DNA from: Antedon mediterranea
Taxonomy: Eukaryota; Animalia; Echinodermata
DNA length: 64,000 nucleotides
NCBI RefSeq assembly: GCF_964355755.1
Contig: NC_092674.1
Span: 24,986,001-25,050,000 of the forward strand
Direction of reading: 5' to 3'
Part shown: piece by piece, positions 58,526 to 64,000 of the stretch
How positions within the stretch are numbered: position 1 is the first letter of the stretch
Layout: each line of letters opens with the position of its first letter
Position numbers and translations under genes: made by a program
Notes under the pieces: model-generated
Seen by the model: the letters and a program-made list of their open reading frames with translations, nothing else
The model's database searches: none
Told to the model about the DNA's origin: nothing

Positions 58526-59160
58526 AACTAGAAAGCCACTCCAAGAGTGCATACCTTCGCCTACTGTAACATTCTTCTACATCAGATTGTGTGTGATTTT
58601 AGGCTAATTTCACTACAAGCATATGTACAGTATGCGAGTTTGGTGTAATGGTTTATGTAACAAGCCTTTCAATTAACAATAGCTTCAGTTGACTAATAAC
58701 AGCATTGCGAAAATCGAACGAGTGAATTTGAAAAGAAATAGGTTTTTTAAACTACTCGCATCAAAAAACGTGCACATTAAATCAAATTATGTTTTAAAAT
58801 TACAATTCACAAATTATAACTCTTGCCTCTTGTACAAAAATAAAGTTTGATGGACAAGCAGTTCTCAAGAAAATGCAATTACAGTTTACTTGTTACTTTA
58901 AGACTGCTTGCCGGATTTTGAAAAATTCTGTCCTATCTTTTAACACTAGCAGGTCTAAAAAAGTATACTAAAAGTGGTCCAGAATTGGGACTGTGGTCCC
59001 AAATGGTCCCAAAATTTAATGGAATGGTCCTTGAACACATATCTATATCTGTATATTCATTTTGGTAAAGATCTTGTAATTACTTTTTGAGTAATCCTGC
59101 TAACAAACAAACACACACATGCTACCGATTACATACCTTCTTGGTGGAGGTAAATAAATA
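58526..59160 (-). mobile_element. Helentron-associated non-autonomous element (HINE/DINE-1-like)
   Basis: On the minus strand: TTATTTACCTCCACCAAGAAGGT start, (GT/GTTT) microsatellite, subterminal inverted match GGCGAAGGT, 3' stem-loop CACTCTTGGAGTG, ending CTAGTTT. This is the typical HINE layout. Confidence 0.7.
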
Positions 59161-62100
59161 AATAAAAAGTAACAATTTGTATTATATTACAACTTTGTTT
59201 TCTCTAAGTGTATAAATCTTAAAAAATTTAGTTTTTACAGTAGTAAATAGATTCATACAGTATGTGTGAAATTCAGCCCCAATTTTTCTTTTTTTTCCCA
59301 AAAAACTTAGATTAAAAAGGCCTACGGTAAAAGTCTGTAATGTTTTCATTCTCTTCTGTTTAAATTTCACAAAACTTCACTTTCTATAATGAGAATTTAA
59401 AAGTGTCAGTCTAACAATACTGTAGACTGCCACATTATGACCTGTCAACCATAATGTCTACCTTGATGCGACATGCTTGCATCATATGCGATTAAAATCT
59501 GGTGATAAACGATTAAATTTAACAGATATTCTGAACCAAGAATTTGAGAGATTCTGGTTTTAAGCATTGCTACCCTGATAGAATATTTAAGTTTTTTTCA
59601 AATTTTTATTGAAATTAAAGAACAAAATCCAAGGTTATACAAACAAACTTAAGAAACTCGCAAAATAATAGGATTAATGCACAAAATATTGCAGGTGTAA
59701 AATGGCAAGAATTTTTTCTTTAGAAGTGAAAACAAAATATAGCTGTAAGGTATCATAGCATTTATACATATACACAATCGTTATAAGTACTCAATCACAT
59801 GGAAAATCGCCAGGGTTGTCAAAATATAATTAAGAAAATCCGTCAAATGAAAAACAACAGGTTTAACCATGCTTATAGGTGTGTTTCCAGTGTAGGTGAG
59901 GAATTTGGTGTTAGAAATAGAATTGTGTTTAAATCCCATCTCACCTGAGTTAACTTAAAGAATCGTTGTTTTGTAAATTTGTAATTTTTAAAGTAAACTT
60001 ACGATCTGATTGCACACAGCTGAGTGTTGCAATTGTGATAGTTAGGTATAAGCACACTTTTGTTGTGTGATGCATGGTTTTTTGAAGTTGAGGTTTCACT
60101 TGGTAGAGAATTCCACAGTGTCAGAATTAAGAAAAGAGGTGCACATGTTCTGTGAATAAATAAAAATTAAAAAAAATTGGATTTTATCTTCTTATCATCA
60201 TCTTCCGTTATTTAGCGCAGGTGTTGATCACATTTATGCAGCTGGATTTCATAATTTTTCTTACATTTTTTGTTTCACACATTTCATTTAAATTAATTTT
60301 TTAACGGAACATTTTTTTCTATTTAACAGTTTCTTTATAATTTAAGATATCATATTTATAAAGAGTAAATTATAAAATATTCTATGGCAACTTGTGATCT
60401 TGTAAAACTATAAAACAAATTAAGATTTAAAACAATTATCTACAGTACAAATGAAAAAAAAAAACATTCATACCATGAATTGATAAAATTCATAAATTAG
60501 CTCATATTTATTATAATTATGTATTCAAGATTCAAGAAATTTTATTTGTCCATAAAAATGGAAATTCACTTTGCTTGGTAGATTAAAACAACAATATTGC
60601 AACAATTTAAAACGTGCAGTATTATAACAGATTAAAAATACAAGATAAAAAGTAAAAAATACTGTTAAAAATGTAAAACTATTTAAAAATTGCATTAACG
60701 TCTTACATTAGAATTAAAAATATGAATGCTATTTACAACGAAGGATTATATTGTATGAAACGTCAAATGTGTAAAACACTCAATTGTACAGTATTGCTAA
60801 AATTTAGTAGGTTTCCTATTAATTACGCGTCATGGAAAAATATGTGAAATAAATTTTGTATTAATTAATGTATTAATTAATTAATTAATCATACTGTATG
60901 AACTGAATTAATAACACTATCTATCCACCTCACTAAATTCAAGGAACACCCCAAATAGACACTTTGTTTGGTCCCAAAGGTGTCCCCTTAATAGAGGTTG
61001 TACTCTATGTTTATTTAAAAATTTAATTAGTATTTCTCTTACCTACCTTACTAACTTACCTTAAACAGTTTTATGTTCACCATGTAGTCCAATCAGTACC
61101 ATTTTTGACATCTAAACAAACTCATTCAATGTACTCCTACTGTACAGTACCTCCACGTCAAAGCTTACCTATAGACAAAATAACGAGATATTAGTATTGG
61201 TCGCAGCGAGTGACCTATGAACATAACTCACTTATTGATTTGAGTTAATAAAAGGTATTGATTAAGTTCGAAACCCACGAAGCGCAAACAATATGTTTTA
61301 ACAGCGTCCCATTCTGTGTACGTGTGAATAGTTGTAGTGTTTGTTGATGTTCTGAGTCAATATTAGTATTAATGATCTGTTCTTTGTTTATCATTCTTTA
61401 GGCTGGGAAGTCCAGACCAGGATCTTATCTATAGGTTGGTGTTTATTGGGTCACTTCATAGAATGGTGGTACACAGTTGGCGAATCCATGATTTTGAAAT
61501 AAGGGCCCAGGGCTCATTATTTTTTTTCCTATGCAATTAAGGCAGAAATCATGAATAATTCATTACTTTTAATTATTTTCTATTCTAAGAATTGCAAGAT
61601 AGCTGATCTACTTCCTAAATATACTAAACATAACCCTAAATAATCTCTCTGAACTATTAAAAAAAAGTAATAAAAAAAGTGCTGAAACTATTTGATGTTC
61701 TACAGTATCTTTTGCATTACAATTTTTTTAATTTAGAGGGGGCCCAGCCCAGCTGCCCCCCCCCCCCCCCACTGTACAGTATACTGTATGCCCCTGGTGC
61801 AGATGCAACAGACAGGACATTATAGGGTGCATGCATATAGACTAGATTCCATATTGACAGTGGAGTATTTATTACTTAGAAGTCTCGAGGCCCCTGGTTA
61901 TCCCTGGAGGCCTCAGTCATTTTTAGCCTTTTTCGATTTAGCCAATAAGCACTCATAGCCGTTTTGCCACTGCCTATTGAGAAGATACCTTCAGGAAACC
62001 CAACAACGTTTCCTTTTATAGGGGTGTCGTCCAAGTCTATTTCGTACCTAACTTACTGGATAAAACAAAATTGGCCTATTTTCTCCGAGAAGAGAGCTTC

Positions 62101-63814
62101 AACTCGAATATACACAAATAATGTTTAATGATAGAAAGAATGTTTCATTCTTTGAAAGATTGACTGGTCTTTTAAGTAGAGCAGATAAAATACCTACTAT
62201 GAATGTCGATGCACATTTGTCATTTAAAAAAAATCAAAATCCAGTCATGTGATAGGTAATCAATCAAATGGCAAAGATACTCTTTGTTATAATTTATTTA
62301 TAATGCATTTTTACAAAAACAATTTGAAAATTGGTATTTAAAATACAAAGAAAAGAAATTGTTGATCTGAATAATTGAAAGATATGAAATTTATGGTGGC
62401 ATTATTTTAATGTATTTTGTTATGTTTTCTATATTAAAAGGCAATAAATATTATGATTATTGAGTTAAAAATTAAAGATTATTATTTATTTTATGTATCA
62501 TACCTAAATCCTTTGTTAGCCTTTGCATTTCAAACAATGGTCGTCTAGTAAAGCGTGAAGGCCTAATAAAAATTAAATGTAGCGGTCCACTTCTCTAATT
62601 AATTACAGATAATCCAGCGTAAAATAACAAAGCCGTAGATTAGTCAGTCAGCAGTGTTAGCGGTGTCACCAAAGTACAGTAGTGTTAAAAATAGCATAAT
62701 AACGTGATATTTATTTTCACATCACAACAAACCGATACAGTTATGTTATCCCTGATGGAATCTAGGAAATTTTAAATCCAGATGGTAGGAAAATATGAAT
62801 GGGTAAACTTTACAGGGAGAGGGGGGGGGGGGGGCTGGTGGTGATAAATTGTAGGGTAAGAGAATATTAATTACAAAAGAATTCAGTCCTTTTTTTTATT
62901 GAGTGTTTCCTATCTTGTCTTTCACTTCAATTATTATAAATATAGATCACTTGTAAATTTCGGTCACTGAAAATATCGGAGAGAAAGACACCATCGATAT
63001 AGCGTCATTGATACATGTATCGGTGTTATGAGCAATTTCCGAGAGATAAAAATTTATGATAAATTGCAACAGAAACTGGAAGAATTGTTCATTAATAGTT
63101 AACAATGTACATCCTAAATTACCTAATCTCAAGGTTGACAACCAGATAACTATATTGTTCTGTTAACACTAATCACATGCTGATAGAACAATACTATTTA
63201 CTTCAATTCACTTCACAAACAATGAGGAATGAACGTTGCATATCAGTTGTGGGAAAGTGTGGGTTCCTTGCTGTGGCATGTACAGTATGATTTTTACTGT
63301 AAGATTTAATTATCAGAGGTACCTGCAACCAGGGAGTTGACAACTCCCTGCTGCAACTACTAGCTGGTTTTATAGTAGATAATTATAATGTATTGGACTT
63401 TGCTTGCTTCAATGACAAACTTAAAGTTAAAGTTTTTAAATGTTTTCTTAAATATTTAAATGATATATATAATAATAAATGTACCATAACTGATGTGACG
63501 GGGTGACATGACAGGCCTCAATATCAGATATGAGGTCAGAGTAGACCATATTATTCAACGAGACAGCAATGAAAAGACATGGTTGTCAACAGTAGGCCTA
63601 CCAAGTCTTAGATATAGACAAATTTAAGACTCAGTCACTCAATCAAGCATTCTGGTCTTGAAGGACCAGGTACAGTTTTTTTTAACAGTCGATTTTGAAT
63701 GATGATGATCCCCACATGATATTGAAATACAGAAGAGGCCTCCTCTCAAGACTAGCTAGCCTAGTAGGTCAGGACCTGCTGTAATTAGGCTAATTTATAA
63801 AAAAAAAATCTTAC

Positions 63815-63896
63815 CATCAATAATCAGCATGACTTACATAATCCGATGTACAACCAAGAGACCCGAGAACATAAATAAACTAAATCGATATACCAT
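63815..63896 (-). other. Candidate first coding exon of the minus-strand membrane protein gene (signal-peptide-like, with in-frame TAA)
   Basis: Reads MVYRFSLFMFSGLLVVHRIM*VMLIID then G/gtaag (phase 1, compatible with the 58359 exon). The TAA is at 63836-63834. Confidence 0.4.
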
Positions 63897-64000
63897 CACA
63901 GAACGAATTCATGCAAAAAGGTAAACAAACTGGTGTGTAAAAACAGCTGACCTCTATCCCAGGGAAGTAAGTGGGTGTGGTCTGAAAAAAAGGGGAGGAG

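Noticed and set aside
62946-63102. Plus-strand exon-like stretch with one in-frame TGA (SLVNFGH*KYRRERHH..), considered as a selenoprotein, and the antisense ORF 62947..63141
   Set aside because: No recognisable family, no CxxU motif, no SECIS identified, and no phase-compatible partner exons.

Overview
AT-rich animal genomic DNA with spliceosomal GT-AG introns, probably an invertebrate deuterostome such as an echinoderm (inferred from gene similarity and repeat types). There are three genes. (1) A + strand TRIP12 (ARM-WWE-HECT E3 ubiquitin ligase) orthologue with 35 traceable coding exons from 7165 to the stop at 38889. (2) A + strand three-exon GPR161-like class A GPCR (44388-47131). (3) A convergent - strand spliced gene for an unrecognised single-pass membrane protein (about 63896 to 51457) with possible disablements. 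Introns are dense with non-autonomous elements: PIF/Harbinger-type MITEs, Kolobok-like TTAA elements, a Sola2-like element, Tc1-like MITEs, a Helentron-associated HINE, tRNA-derived SINEs and minisatellites. The most unusual signal is at the TRIP12 5' end: about 1040 spliced nt of open reading frame contain no ATG in any frame, preceded by a candidate spliced 35-codon uORF whose TAA is in frame with TRIP12. This suggests non-canonical translation initiation. Also notable are degenerate local copies of TRIP12 coding sequence, P-element-like excision footprints, and a perfect 36-bp-arm palindrome behind GPR161. All coordinates were read by eye and homologies are from recall; no searches were run.
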